Source: an uncultured Chloroflexota bacterium (GTDB taxonomy: Bacteria; Chloroflexota; Chloroflexia; Thermomicrobiales; UBA6265). From it: a stretch of 54,926 bases of DNA. The stretch spans positions 1 to 54,926 of the forward strand of contig CALMZR010000248.1 in assembly GCA_937870845.1 (NCBI GenBank), in the 5' to 3' direction. The translations under genes and the position numbers were made by a program. Of the stretch, positions 1 through 8,637 are shown piece by piece (the first letter of the stretch is position 1; each line of letters opens with the position of its first letter). A model generated the notes under the pieces. It saw only the letters and a program-made list of their open reading frames with translations, was not told where the DNA came from and did not search any database.

Positions 1-46
1 TGGCGCGCATCATAGAGCACGATGCGGTTGTCCGCAAGTGCAGGAC

Positions 47-150
47 GAGGGTGACGGGGTGTCAAGGTGACGGAGTGTCAGGGGTCGACGCACGGCAGCC
101 CCAGTGCCCACCATCCTGTCACCCTAACGCCCCGTCACCCCGTCACCCTC
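47..150. repeat. Repeat family R1 copy 1: inverted arrays of the octamer RGGTGWCR that form a long imperfect hairpin
   Basis: Left arm gagggtgacggggtgtcaaggtgacggagtgtcagggg and right arm cctgtcaccctaacgccccgtcaccccgtcaccctc are reverse-complementary. The stop codon of the flanking minus-strand gene (tca at 143-145) lies inside the last octamer. Confidence 0.75.
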
Positions 151-1123
151 TTTTGAACCGGTGCTCCTCCGGGTCGTTGGTGTCGAACGGGATCGCGGCG
201 ATCTCGTCCCACAGCGTGTCCGGGATTGGGGTGGTCAGGTAGGTCAGGGTGTCGGCGATGCGCTCGGGGCGGCTCATGCCAACGATGGTGGCGGTCAGGC
301 GCGGGTCGCGGGTAGAGAATTGCAGGGCGACGGCGGGGAGTGGGACGCCGTGGCGGTCGGCGACGGCGGCGAACTGGCGGACGCGGTCGATCATCTCGGC
401 GGAGGCTTGCTGGTAGGCATAGCGCGGGTAGGCGTCGGGGCCTTTCACCAGCATGCCGCTGCCGTAGGGGGCGGCGTTGAGGACGGCCATGCCACGCGCG
501 GAGGCGGCCTCGATGAGGGGCTCCGCCGAGCGGTTCAGGAGCGTGTAGCGGTTGTGGTGGATCACCGCGTCGAAGACGCCGGTTTCGATGTACTGGATTT
601 GCAGCGGGATCGGGCCGCCGGCGACGCCAAGGTGACCGATGACGCCTTCGTCGCGAAACCGTTGCAACACTTCCACCGGGCCGCCGGGGGCGAAGGCATC
701 GTCGAAGGTGGTCCACTCCTGGTCGTGGAGGTAAACGATCCCGACGCGGTCGACGCCGAGCAGCTCGAGGGATCGCTCCATGCGGCGCTTGACCGTTTCT
801 CCGGAGTAGTCGTCGTTCTTCGGGTTGCGGCCTTGCTTGGTCTGGAGGACGGCGTTGGCGGGGAGGCCGCCACGCTCGCGCAGCACGAGCCCGACGCGGC
901 GCTCGCTCTCGCCGTCGCCGTAGAGGGCGGCGGTGTCGATGTAGGGGATGGGACTGTCGAGGGCGGCGCGGATGGTGGCGAGGGCGTCCTCCTCCGTCAC
1001 GCCGTAGCCGAAGGCGTCGGGCATATTCCCGATGGGGGCGCAGCCGACGGCGATGGGCGGCACGGAGAGCCCGGTCTGCCCGAACGGCTTGCGGGCGAGC
1101 GGATCGGCGGCGGTTGTGAACAT
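143..1123 (-). CDS. Aldo/keto reductase family oxidoreductase
   Basis: 326-aa ORF whose length and sequence layout look AKR-like (GLSVPPIAVGCAPIG near the N-terminus, then YIDTAALYGDGESERRVG and HLGVAGG). The reading frame is clean. Confidence 0.88.
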   Translation of the reverse strand: MFTTAADPLARKPFGQTGLSVPPIAVGCAPIGNMPDAFGYGVTEEDALATIRAALDSPIPYIDTAALYGDGESERRVGLVLRERGGLPANAVLQTKQGRNPKNDDYSGETVKRRMERSLELLGVDRVGIVYLHDQEWTTFDDAFAPGGPVEVLQRFRDEGVIGHLGVAGGPIPLQIQYIETGVFDAVIHHNRYTLLNRSAEPLIEAASARGMAVLNAAPYGSGMLVKGPDAYPRYAYQQASAEMIDRVRQFAAVADRHGVPLPAVALQFSTRDPRLTATIVGMSRPERIADTLTYLTTPIPDTLWDEIAAIPFDTNDPEEHRFKRG

Positions 1124-1225
1124 GCGTTCCTCCCCTTACGGCGGTAATCGACGGCGCGATGCTATCCGAGCCGCCGCGTCGGGGCAATGGCGCGGCGAGA
1201 TCGGTACACTTGCCACAGCACCCTG

Positions 1226-1308
1226 GCCGGGGTGGTGAAATGGCAGACACGCCAGCCTTAGGAGCTGGTGGCCGCGAGGCCGTGCGGGTTCGAATCCCGC
1301 TCCCGGCA
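1226..1308 (+). tRNA. tRNA-Leu, anticodon TAG
   Basis: Cloverleaf read by eye. Acceptor GCCGGGG/TCCCGGC, anticodon arm CCAGC-CTTAGGA-GCTGG, long variable arm TGGCCGCGAGGCCGT, T arm GCGGG-TTCGAAT-CCCGC, discriminator A. CCA is not encoded. Confidence 0.9.
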
Positions 1309-1404
1309 CCGAGAACCGCACAATGGGACCGCTGCAGTTCCGGAGCCGTCGCGGAGGTCGAGCACGTGGCCCTAGTTCCGGCGCCCTCATCTCCTGGCGC
1401 ATCC

Positions 1405-2919
1405 GTGGTGATCACCCGACGCAGGCTGCTGCGCGCGTCGGGGTTGGCGGCCGCCGGTCTCGCCGCCGCTCCCTGGCGGATCCGCGATGCTGCTGTGGCG
1501 CAGACGGCCACGCCGGTTTCCGCCCCCGATTCGACCGCCTGGGACGATCTTGCGAGGCGGCTGAGCGGACATCTGCTGCGCCCGGATGACGCGATGTACC
1601 CGGCGGCGGCCATCATCAACGCGGCGCGCTACCAGGGCACGCGGCCGGAGGGGATCGCGGTCTGCGCCGCGCCGGAGGATGCGGCGGTCTGCGTCTCGTG
1701 GGCGCGGGAGCATGGCGTGCCGTTCGTGGTGCGCTCCGGCGGGCATTCCTACGCCGGGTTCTCGACATCCGACGGGTTGGTGATCGACGTCAAGGGGATG
1801 CGAGCGGTCGCCGTCGATCCTGCGAACGGCACGGTGACGGTGGCTGGCGGGGCGAACAACGCTGATGTCGGCGATGCGCTGGCGCCATACGGCGTCTACT
1901 TTCCCGGCGGGCGCTGCCCCACGGTCGGCGTTTCCGGGTTGACCCTCGGCGGCGGCTGGGGGTTCAGTTGCCGCCACCTCGGCATGACAAGCGACACCCT
2001 CGTCTCAACAGATCTGGCCGCCGCCAATGGGGAGATCGTCACCGCGTCGGAGCGCGAGAACCCCGATCTCTTCTGGGCGGTGCGCGGGGCCGGGAACGGC
2101 AACTTCGGGGTGCATACCTCGTTCACCTACGAAACCGTTGCGGCGGGCCAGGCGACCGTCTTCAGCCTGACGTGGGCGGGCGGCGACACCGCATCGCTGG
2201 TCGATGCCATCAGCCGCATGCAGGTGAATGGGCCGCGCGAGCTCGGCATGCGGGTCGCAGTGCGCTCACCATCGCGGATGCCGCTGACGACCCCCGCGCC
2301 GCTCGACATCGACTTGATCGGGCTCTACTGGGGTCCGCCGGCGGATATGGACGAATTGCTCGCGCCTGTTGAGCGCATCCAGGCCGCCGATGCCCGGACC
2401 GTGGCCGCCATGGCGTTCCCGGCGGCGCGGGCGTTCCTGGCGGCGACGACGCCGACGGGGACGTACGGCATCAAGACCGGGTTCGTCACGGGGCCGCTGG
2501 CCGCGAAAGGCATCGTGACCATGCTGGAGTGGATCGGGGCAATGCCGGGGTTCCCCTCGCGCGCTCAGGAAAGCACGGCGGGGCTCTATTGCTGGGGCGG
2601 CAAGGTGAACGACCTGGCGCCGGACGCCAACGCATTCGTCCACCGCGGCCCCGATCTCCTCTTCAAGTGCGAGGCGCTGTGGGAGCCGGAAGATGATCCG
2701 GACCTGATCGCCGCCAATCTCGACTGGCTCGAGGGCTACCACGCGGCGATGCAGCCGTACCTCTCCGGCGGGGCGTATCAGAACTTCACCGATCGCGCCC
2801 AGACCGACTGGCAGCACGCTTACTACGGGACGAATTTCGAGCGGCTGGTGGAGATCAAGGGGCGCTGGGATCCGGAAAACGTCTTTCGTTACGGGCAAAG
2901 CATTCCGGTCAGCCGGTAA
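1405..2919 (+). CDS. Secreted FAD-linked oxidase (VAO/PCMH type with a berberine-bridge-enzyme-like C-terminus), Tat signal
   Basis: Twin-arginine signal ITRRRLLRASGLAAAGLAAAP. FAD_binding_4-like RSGGHSYAGFS. C-terminal BBE-like WDPENVFRYGQSI. I place the start at GTG 1405 because the 5' part of ORF 1159..2919 runs through the tRNA-Leu gene. Confidence 0.82.
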   Translation: MVITRRRLLRASGLAAAGLAAAPWRIRDAAVAQTATPVSAPDSTAWDDLARRLSGHLLRPDDAMYPAAAIINAARYQGTRPEGIAVCAAPEDAAVCVSWAREHGVPFVVRSGGHSYAGFSTSDGLVIDVKGMRAVAVDPANGTVTVAGGANNADVGDALAPYGVYFPGGRCPTVGVSGLTLGGGWGFSCRHLGMTSDTLVSTDLAAANGEIVTASERENPDLFWAVRGAGNGNFGVHTSFTYETVAAGQATVFSLTWAGGDTASLVDAISRMQVNGPRELGMRVAVRSPSRMPLTTPAPLDIDLIGLYWGPPADMDELLAPVERIQAADARTVAAMAFPAARAFLAATTPTGTYGIKTGFVTGPLAAKGIVTMLEWIGAMPGFPSRAQESTAGLYCWGGKVNDLAPDANAFVHRGPDLLFKCEALWEPEDDPDLIAANLDWLEGYHAAMQPYLSGGAYQNFTDRAQTDWQHAYYGTNFERLVEIKGRWDPENVFRYGQSIPVSR

Positions 2920-3159
2920 CGTCGCTTCGGCATGTGACTTCGGGAACGCGCCTTGGGCAACGCCCCAACGAGCGATGCGATTTCTGGCTTAACTCCGTAA
3001 CAGGGCTTTCAGCGACTCGTCGATGGATCGAGAGGCTTCTCCCGGCGCTGTAACATCCGGGCGCGTCGCGAAACCGTATATCCACGTGAGCCCCAGCCAG
3101 ATCGGGACCCACGATCCGCGCCCACTCGGTCGCCTGCATGAAGCGCAAGGGGAGCCCCT

Positions 3160-3927
3160 ATGAACCGTCACGTCGTCAGCACCGCTCCGTCCGCGACCGA
3201 GACGCCGCGGGACGATTGGCTTCGCGCCGGAATCCTGGCCGGATTTCTGGCGACGTTCGCCATGACGGTCGTGCTGGTCGCCGCGTACTGGCTGGCCAGG
3301 GCCGTGGGCGACCCCGATGGCGGGGTGTTGCAGCAGTGGAGCTGGGGGCTGGTCAACAATCCGGTGGCGGAGATGACGACCGATTCCGTGGTGCTCGCCA
3401 TCGGCGTAAACCTGGCGATGGGTCTGATCCTGGCCGCCGTCTATGCCCGCTTCGTCGAGCCGCGGCTGGACGGACCGAGCTGGTGGCGGGGGGTGCGGTT
3501 TGCGCTCGTGCCCTGGATCCTGTCGCTGATCGTCTTCTTACCGCTGCTGAGCGGCGGCATGATGGGGATGGGGATTGGAGCCGGTCCGCTGCCGATTCTT
3601 GGCAATCTCATCCTGCATCTGGTCTACGGCGCGGTGCTTGGCCTGGTTTACGCCGAGGCGGCTGAGGATTGGCTCGACGACACCGATGCCGACCGGGCGA
3701 ATGCGGCGGGCGCGGAGCGCGGCGCAGCCTTGGGCGTCGTTATCGGGCTGCTCGTAGGAATCGTCGTCGGTTGGCTTGCCGGCCCAATGTTCGAGGGTCT
3801 GGCCAGCCGCCCCGCGAGCGCCATCGGTCTCGCGTTCATCGGGGCGGCCGTTGGCCTGGGAGTCGGTTCCTTCGCCGGCATGAGCCGGGCGCAGGACGTG
3901 GCGGGCGGCTCGACGGCTCGGCGCTAG
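3160..3927 (+). CDS. Hypothetical integral membrane protein (about 6 hydrophobic segments)
   Basis: ATG preceded by AAGGGGAG. Repeated hydrophobic stretches (ILAGFLATFAMTVVLVAAYWL, VVLAIGVNLAMGLILAAVY, LVPWILSLIVFLPLL and others). I do not recognise a family. Confidence 0.65.
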   Translation: MNRHVVSTAPSATETPRDDWLRAGILAGFLATFAMTVVLVAAYWLARAVGDPDGGVLQQWSWGLVNNPVAEMTTDSVVLAIGVNLAMGLILAAVYARFVEPRLDGPSWWRGVRFALVPWILSLIVFLPLLSGGMMGMGIGAGPLPILGNLILHLVYGAVLGLVYAEAAEDWLDDTDADRANAAGAERGAALGVVIGLLVGIVVGWLAGPMFEGLASRPASAIGLAFIGAAVGLGVGSFAGMSRAQDVAGGSTARR

Positions 3928-3937
3928 CGATCCCGAG

Positions 3938-4252
3938 TCAGGCGCGCGGTGCGTCCGCCTCCGACAGCGATTGAGCCCACGCGATCGCCTCGTCGACCAT
4001 TGTCAGCCACATGGGGAGCGTCGCGATCCGCTCGGGCGACGCTGCCTCCAAATCTCCGTCAAAAATCGTGATGTCGGCCAGCTTGCCGGCCTGAATCGAG
4101 CCGATACGGGCGGCATGATCCGTGCCCGCGACGACGATGCGGTCGCCGGAAGTGGCGACGTCGTCTGCGCGTGGGTTGGCTGGGTCGCCGGTCCACACCT
4201 TGCCGTTCGAGATGACGAGATCGTGCATGCGGTTCTCTTTCGGTGCATCCAT
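3938..4252 (-). pseudogene. Amidohydrolase-family remnant: the N- and C-terminal beta-sandwich pieces are fused and the catalytic barrel is deleted
   Basis: The 104-aa ORF begins like an amidohydrolase N-terminus (DLVISNGKVWTGDP...DRIVVAGTD) and then continues directly into the typical C-terminal motif GSIQAGKLADITIFDGD. The ~350-400 aa metal-binding TIM barrel is absent. Confidence 0.55.
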
Positions 4253-4331
4253 TCCGCCGGGTCGCCGGAGGCGCCATGACAGGCGACAAGGGGGGACTCT
4301 CGGCGTTCGCGGAACGTCCGCCCATGGGGCA

Positions 4332-4473
4332 CGAGATTCCTCCCTGACGGTCTGAATGACACGATAGCGGCACGCCGCGTCGTCCTGTCATGCTGAACGA
4401 AGTGAAGCATCTCGGCGCAACCGCAGCGCGCATGACTGGCGCCGAGATTCTTCGCTGGCAGTCAGAAGGACAC
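4332..4473. repeat. Repeat family R2, three copies (4332-4362 minus, 4385-4417 plus, 4441-4473 minus)
   Basis: Each copy matches the ~32-nt consensus GTGTCATTCCGAGCGAAGCGAGGAATCTCGGC. Examples: ctgtcatgctgaacgaagtgaagcatctcggcg, and the reverse complement of gccgagattcttcgctggcagtcagaaggacac. Confidence 0.7.
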
Positions 4474-4516
4474 AGTCTCGCGGGGATTAGTTGCCGCGAT
4501 TCCGGTCGCCGCGGCG

Positions 4517-5041
4517 TCAGTCCTCGAGCTCAAGCAGAAGGCCGCGGAGATCGAGCGGGTCGAGGGTCATGCGCAGGGAGCCGTCGGCTTCGCGCGGCCA
4601 CTCGTCTCGGGGGCGGTCACGATAGATCTCGATGCCGTTGCCGTCCGGATCGTGGAGGTAGATCGCTTCGCTGACGCCGTGGTCCGAGGCGCCGTCGATC
4701 GGCACGCCGTGGTCGATGAGGCGCTGGAGGGCGCGGGCAAGCTCTTTGCGGTTCGGATAGAGGATAGCGAAGTGGTAGAGGCCGGTCGTGCCGCGTGCCG
4801 GTGGTGGGCCGCCGCGGCTCTCCCAGGTGTTGAGCCCGAGGTGGTGGTGGTAGCCGCCGGCGGCGAGGAAAGCTGCCTGGTCGCCGTAGGTCTCCATCAG
4901 CTCGAAACCGAACGCGTCGCGGTAGAAGGCGATGGCGCGCGGGAGATCGGCCACCTTCAGATGCACGTGGCCGATGCGCGTCTCTGGGTGGATCGCCGGC
5001 GCCGCTGGCGTCGTCTCTGTTGCAGGTGAAACGGTGGACAT
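4517..5041 (-). CDS. VOC (glyoxalase/bleomycin resistance/extradiol dioxygenase) family protein
   Basis: HVHLKVADLPRAIAFYRDAFGFEL ... HHLGLNTWES ... LYHFAILYP ... AIYLHDPDGNGIEIY. AAGGAG lies 7 nt upstream of the ATG and overlaps the end of the preceding gene. Confidence 0.85.
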   Translation of the reverse strand: MSTVSPATETTPAAPAIHPETRIGHVHLKVADLPRAIAFYRDAFGFELMETYGDQAAFLAAGGYHHHLGLNTWESRGGPPPARGTTGLYHFAILYPNRKELARALQRLIDHGVPIDGASDHGVSEAIYLHDPDGNGIEIYRDRPRDEWPREADGSLRMTLDPLDLRGLLLELED

Positions 5042-5046
5042 TGCAT

Positions 5047-6150
5047 TTACTCCTTCTTGTCCCGTCCGATGGGATCGTGGGCCGTGAGCGGCGTGAGGTT
5101 CCGCTCGATGTCGTCGCGGTCAGCTTCGAGCCAAGGCGGCAACTGGAGCCGTCGCCCCAACGCGTCGCTCGGTTCGTCGGCGGTGAAGCTTTGCGTCTCG
5201 GTGGCGATCTCCAGGAGGAGGCCGTCGGGGTCGTGGAAGGCGACGCTGCGAAAGGAGACACGGTCCCGGATGCCGGAGGTGGGCGTGCCCCGCGCATGAA
5301 GATAGTCGCGCCACGCCTCGAGCGCGTCGTCGTCCGGCACGCTGAGGGCGAAGTGATGTGTCAGGCCCGCGCCGGGGCGCGCCGGGCGCATCGTGCCGCG
5401 GGGATAGGCGAAGTAGGTCACGATCGTGCCCGGCGAACCGCTCCCGACGCCGAAGTAGAGATGCGGCGTGGAAGGACTGTCGAAGTTGACGGTGCGCTTG
5501 ACCAGGCGCAGACCGAGCAGGTCGGTGTAGAAGCGCTCGATTTCGACCGCGTCAGAGCCGATGGCGGTGACGTGGTGCATTCGCTTCAGCCTCATTTCCG
5601 GCGTCGGAATCGGAACGGGAGCCGGCCAGCTGTCGGCGGCGATGGCTGCTTCGTCCCGGCCGCCTGCCATCGTCGCGCGTGGAGGCAATTTCACCTCCGT
5701 GCCAAGCGCGTCGGGGGCTTCGTCAACGGTCCAGCCGGGGCCACGGGTGGCGATCTCGAGAATGAGCCCGTCCGGGTCCGTGAAGTAGATGCTTTCGAAG
5801 TACACGCGGTCGTACGGCCCGGTCACCGGCAAGCCCCAGTCGGTGAGCCAGCGCTTCCATTGGCGCAAGGAGTCTCGGTCCTCGGTCTCGAACGCCAGAT
5901 GGTGCATCCCCCCGATGCCCCACTGCCCTCGTTGCGCGTCGTTTCGCTCTACAAGGGTGAGCGCGCCCGGGCCGTAGTCCTCGTCAGCGAAAATCAAATG
6001 GCGGGAGGTCCGCTCGTCGAGGTCGACCGTCTGCTTGACCAGGCGCAAGCCGAGTACGCGGCTGTAGAAATCGACGGCGCGTTGGGCATCGGTCGTCAGG
6101 GCGGTGAGATGATGGATGCCGGTGATGCGGCTCGCCGGAATATCGATCAC
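5047..6150 (-). CDS. Ring-cleaving dioxygenase, two tandem VOC modules (MhqO/MhqE-like)
   Basis: Duplicated pattern I(T/H)H(L/V)TA...FY..(V/L)LGLRLVK(Q/R)TV(D/N)(L/F)D and FTDPDGLILEIAT / FHDPDGLLLEIAT. GTG at 6150 is preceded by AAGGA. The ORF 5' extension up to 6819 is antisense to the next gene. Confidence 0.85.
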   Translation of the reverse strand: MIDIPASRITGIHHLTALTTDAQRAVDFYSRVLGLRLVKQTVDLDERTSRHLIFADEDYGPGALTLVERNDAQRGQWGIGGMHHLAFETEDRDSLRQWKRWLTDWGLPVTGPYDRVYFESIYFTDPDGLILEIATRGPGWTVDEAPDALGTEVKLPPRATMAGGRDEAAIAADSWPAPVPIPTPEMRLKRMHHVTAIGSDAVEIERFYTDLLGLRLVKRTVNFDSPSTPHLYFGVGSGSPGTIVTYFAYPRGTMRPARPGAGLTHHFALSVPDDDALEAWRDYLHARGTPTSGIRDRVSFRSVAFHDPDGLLLEIATETQSFTADEPSDALGRRLQLPPWLEADRDDIERNLTPLTAHDPIGRDKKE

Positions 6151-6222
6151 GCGAGATCCTTTGGAGTGGGCGGCGCCATCGGCCGCCGTGCGGCCTGAAT
6201 AGAGAAACGAAGGAGCAGACTC

Positions 6223-6888
6223 GTGACGCACTCCGGACCCGATCGACACCCGCACGGCGACGGCCGCGTGCTGCACGCTGGCGCGCCGCTCGACGAGGCG
6301 ACGGGGATCATTATCGCGCTTCACGGCCGCGGGGCCGGAGCCGAAGATATCGTCGGCTTGGCGCAGGAGGTCGCTCCATCGGCCGTGGCGATCGTGGCGC
6401 CGGAGGCGGCGGGCAACACCTGGTATCCCTACCGCTTCCTGGAGCCGACCGAGCGCAACGAGCCGTACCTCTCCTCGGCGTTGCGGCGCGTGGGCGAACT
6501 CATCGATGACGTTCAGTCGAGGGGTATTCCCGCGCAGCGGATCGCCCTTCTCGGCTTCTCGCAGGGCGCGTGTCTGGCGTTGGAGTCGGCGGCGCGCCAT
6601 CCGATGCGATACGCGGCCGTTCTGGCCTTCAGCGGCGGATTGATCGGTCCGCCGGGGACGGTCTTCAACTACGAAGGATCGCTCGACAGGACGCCGGTCT
6701 TCATCGGCAGCAGCGACATCGATCCCCACATCCCGAAAGAGCGAGTCGAAGAATCCGCCGTGGCGGTGCGGCGACTGGGGGCGGAGGTCGACGCGCGGCT
6801 GTATCCGGGGATGGGTCACACGGTGAACCGGGACGAGGTGCAGGCGGCCCTGGCAATCTTGAAGAAAGCCTTCGGGGCGGAGGGGTAG
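6223..6888 (+). CDS. Alpha/beta hydrolase, phospholipase/carboxylesterase family (MhqD-like)
   Basis: GTG start after AGGAG. Nucleophile elbow GFSQGA. Typical ALHGRGA and DPHIP motifs. Confidence 0.85.
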   Translation: MTHSGPDRHPHGDGRVLHAGAPLDEATGIIIALHGRGAGAEDIVGLAQEVAPSAVAIVAPEAAGNTWYPYRFLEPTERNEPYLSSALRRVGELIDDVQSRGIPAQRIALLGFSQGACLALESAARHPMRYAAVLAFSGGLIGPPGTVFNYEGSLDRTPVFIGSSDIDPHIPKERVEESAVAVRRLGAEVDARLYPGMGHTVNRDEVQAALAILKKAFGAEG

Positions 6889-6890
6889 TT

Positions 6891-6953
6891 CCTCACACTC
6901 CTCGCGCGCTGCCCCTCACGCCAGACCCCTCGCCCCGCGCGCGGGACGAGAAG
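6891..6953 (-). repeat. Repeat family R3 copy (reverse orientation)
   Basis: The reverse complement reads ctcgtcccgcgcgcggggcgaggggtctggcgtgaggggcag, matching the R3 pattern CCCCTCTCCCCGCGCRCRGGGAGAGGGG-N-GGGGTGAGGG. Confidence 0.6.
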
Positions 6954-6971
6954 CATTTCTCGACGTGTGGC

Positions 6972-7538
6972 CTAGGACTGCTTGACGGCCTCGACGTCGA
7001 TGGTGATCTTGACGTCGTCGCCGACAAGGAAACCGCCAGCCTCGAGGGGGGCGTTCCAGGTCAGGTCGAAGTCCTTTCGGTCAACCTCGGTCTCGGCGGT
7101 CCAGGAGGCGACTTCGGTGCCGAAGGGGGTCTTGCCGCCGCCTTCGTACTCCGCTTCCAAGGTGACGGGGCGAGTGACGCCACGGATGGTCAGGTCGCCG
7201 TGGAGGAGGAATTTGTCGCCGCCCCGCGGGTTGACCGACGTCGAGCGGAAGGTGATAAGCGGGTTGTCGCCGGTTCCGAAGAAGTCGTTGGTGCGCAGAT
7301 GGCCGTCGCGCTGGGCGTCGTTGGTGTCGATGCTGTCGGCCTTGATCTCGACGGTGACCTGACCGTCGGTCAGGCTGTCGCCACGGGTCTCGATGGTCCC
7401 CGAGATGTCGGAGAAGCGGCCGCGGACCTTGGTGAACATGTGGCGGACGGTAAACGACGCGCTCGAGTGGCTGGGGTCGATCGTCCAGACGGTTGTGGCG
7501 CTGGTCCCCGTGCTGGGGGCGGTATCGGTGGTGGTCAT
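6972..7538 (-). CDS. YceI family (polyisoprenoid-binding) protein
   Basis: WTIDPSHSSASFTVRHMFTKVRGRFSD..., LTIRGVTRPVTL and KITIDVEAV are YceI-like. AAGGAGAAGG precedes the ATG. Confidence 0.88.
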   Translation of the reverse strand: MTTTDTAPSTGTSATTVWTIDPSHSSASFTVRHMFTKVRGRFSDISGTIETRGDSLTDGQVTVEIKADSIDTNDAQRDGHLRTNDFFGTGDNPLITFRSTSVNPRGGDKFLLHGDLTIRGVTRPVTLEAEYEGGGKTPFGTEVASWTAETEVDRKDFDLTWNAPLEAGGFLVGDDVKITIDVEAVKQS

Positions 7539-7620
7539 CCCTTCTCCTTGGATGGTGTGAAAAACCCTGCTCGTCGTGCCGTTTCATCCCGCACGACCGG
7601 CGCCACGTCCCCGGTGGCGA

Positions 7621-7680
7621 TGCATACTCTATCGCAGGTGAGTTATCATTGTCAAGTAGCTTACGATAAGTAATTTTCAG
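7621..7680 (+). promoter_or_regulatory. AT-rich divergent control region between yceI-like and hxlR-like genes (candidate promoter/operator)
   Basis: This is the only AT-rich stretch locally: tgcatactctatcgcaggtgagttatcattgtcaagtagcttacgataagtaattttcag. It contains TTGTCA-N16-TAATTT and TTATC...GATAA inverted half-sites. Confidence 0.3.
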
Positions 7681-7697
7681 AAGGGCCGGGACGTGCG

Positions 7698-8084
7698 ATG
7701 ATTGACGATATGGACCGTGACACGGGCGAGGCATGCATGCGCCACTTGACCGCCTTTTGCCCGACCTACCATCGGGCGATCGAGCTGATCGGCCGGCGCT
7801 GGACCGGGGCGATCTTGCGCGCCATGCTGTCGGGCGAGGCGCGCTTCAGCGAGATCGCCGCGGCGGTGCCGGGGTTGAGCGATCGGCTGCTCTCCGAGCG
7901 GCTGAAGGAGCTGGAGGCGGAAGGGATCGTGCGCCGCACGGTGGTTCCGTCGACGCCGGTGCGGGTCGATTATGCGCTGACGGACATGGGGCTCGCCCTC
8001 AACGAGGTGATCGTCGCGGTTTCCCACTGGGCGGAACATTGGCTGGCTCCGACTGACGAACGGGCAAATCTACCGAAAAGGTGA
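7698..8084 (+). CDS. HxlR (DUF24/MarR-like) family transcriptional regulator
   Basis: CPTYHRAIELIGRRWTGAILRAML.GEARFSEI...PGLSDRLLSERLKELEAEGIVRR is the canonical HxlR winged-helix pattern. There are N-terminal Cys residues (EACMRHLTAFC). Confidence 0.9.
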   Translation: MIDDMDRDTGEACMRHLTAFCPTYHRAIELIGRRWTGAILRAMLSGEARFSEIAAAVPGLSDRLLSERLKELEAEGIVRRTVVPSTPVRVDYALTDMGLALNEVIVAVSHWAEHWLAPTDERANLPKR

Positions 8085-8157
8085 TTCCAAATCTGGTTTC
8101 CACTGCTACACTAGGGGCAAGCCGGGGCGGCCGGCGGGGGGATTCGGGAGGGCAGTG

Positions 8158-8436
8158 ATGGACGTCAACAGCAGTTTCGGGATCTTGTCCTGGATCATCT
8201 TCGGCGCACTCGCCGGCTGGGTGGCGAGCATGATCGCCGGCGACAACGCGCGCCAGGGCTGGCTCGGCAACATCATCGTCGGCATCATCGGCGCGTTCCT
8301 GGGCGGCATCATCTTCGGCTTCCTCTTCGGCGGCGGCCAGTTCACCCTGGGCTGGAACATCGGCAGTTTCATCGCCGCCGTTATCGGCGCGATCATCCTG
8401 CTGTTCATCCTGCGCATGTTCCAGGGCCGCACGTAG
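8158..8436 (+). CDS. GlsB/YeaQ/YmgE family stress-response membrane protein
   Basis: ILSWIIFGALAGWVASMIAG...GWLGNIIVGIIGAFLGGIIFG. GGGAGGG lies 5 nt upstream of ATG 8158 (the ORF track starts at GTG 8155). Confidence 0.85.
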   Translation: MDVNSSFGILSWIIFGALAGWVASMIAGDNARQGWLGNIIVGIIGAFLGGIIFGFLFGGGQFTLGWNIGSFIAAVIGAIILLFILRMFQGRT

Positions 8437-8466
8437 CGACGGCCTGACAACTGAAGAGCGCGAGAC

Positions 8467-8495
8467 GCGCCCCGTGGGTAAGACCCACGGGGCGC
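8467..8495 (+). terminator. Putative intrinsic terminator hairpin
   Basis: gcgccccgtggg-taaga-cccacggggcgc gives a perfect 12-bp stem 30 nt after the stop, followed by tcaattgtctg (weak U tract). Confidence 0.5.
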
Positions 8496-8637
8496 TCAAT
8501 TGTCTGAAAATGACCGTTGGTCGGGCGGGTCACTGATACCGGCGACGAGCCAGAGCCGAACGGCGAACACACCGGAACTGTCTGGCGATGACGGCGGTCT
8601 ACGTATCAACCAACCGCCGCTCTTCTCCGGCTGAGGA

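Noticed and set aside
1159-1404. 5' extension of the FAD-oxidase ORF (track start 1159)
   Set aside because: The extension reads straight through the tRNA-Leu gene (1226-1308). The Tat signal begins right after GTG 1405.
135-1619. 494-aa minus-strand ORF overlapping the aldo/keto reductase and tRNA-Leu
   Set aside because: The composition is extremely Arg/Pro/Ala-rich, typical of an off-frame reading of GC-rich DNA. It overlaps a well-supported AKR frame and a tRNA gene.
5047-6819. 590-aa version of the ring-cleaving dioxygenase ORF
   Set aside because: The part upstream of GTG 6150 is antisense to the carboxylesterase gene, is Arg-rich, and lacks VOC motifs. A good RBS precedes 6150.
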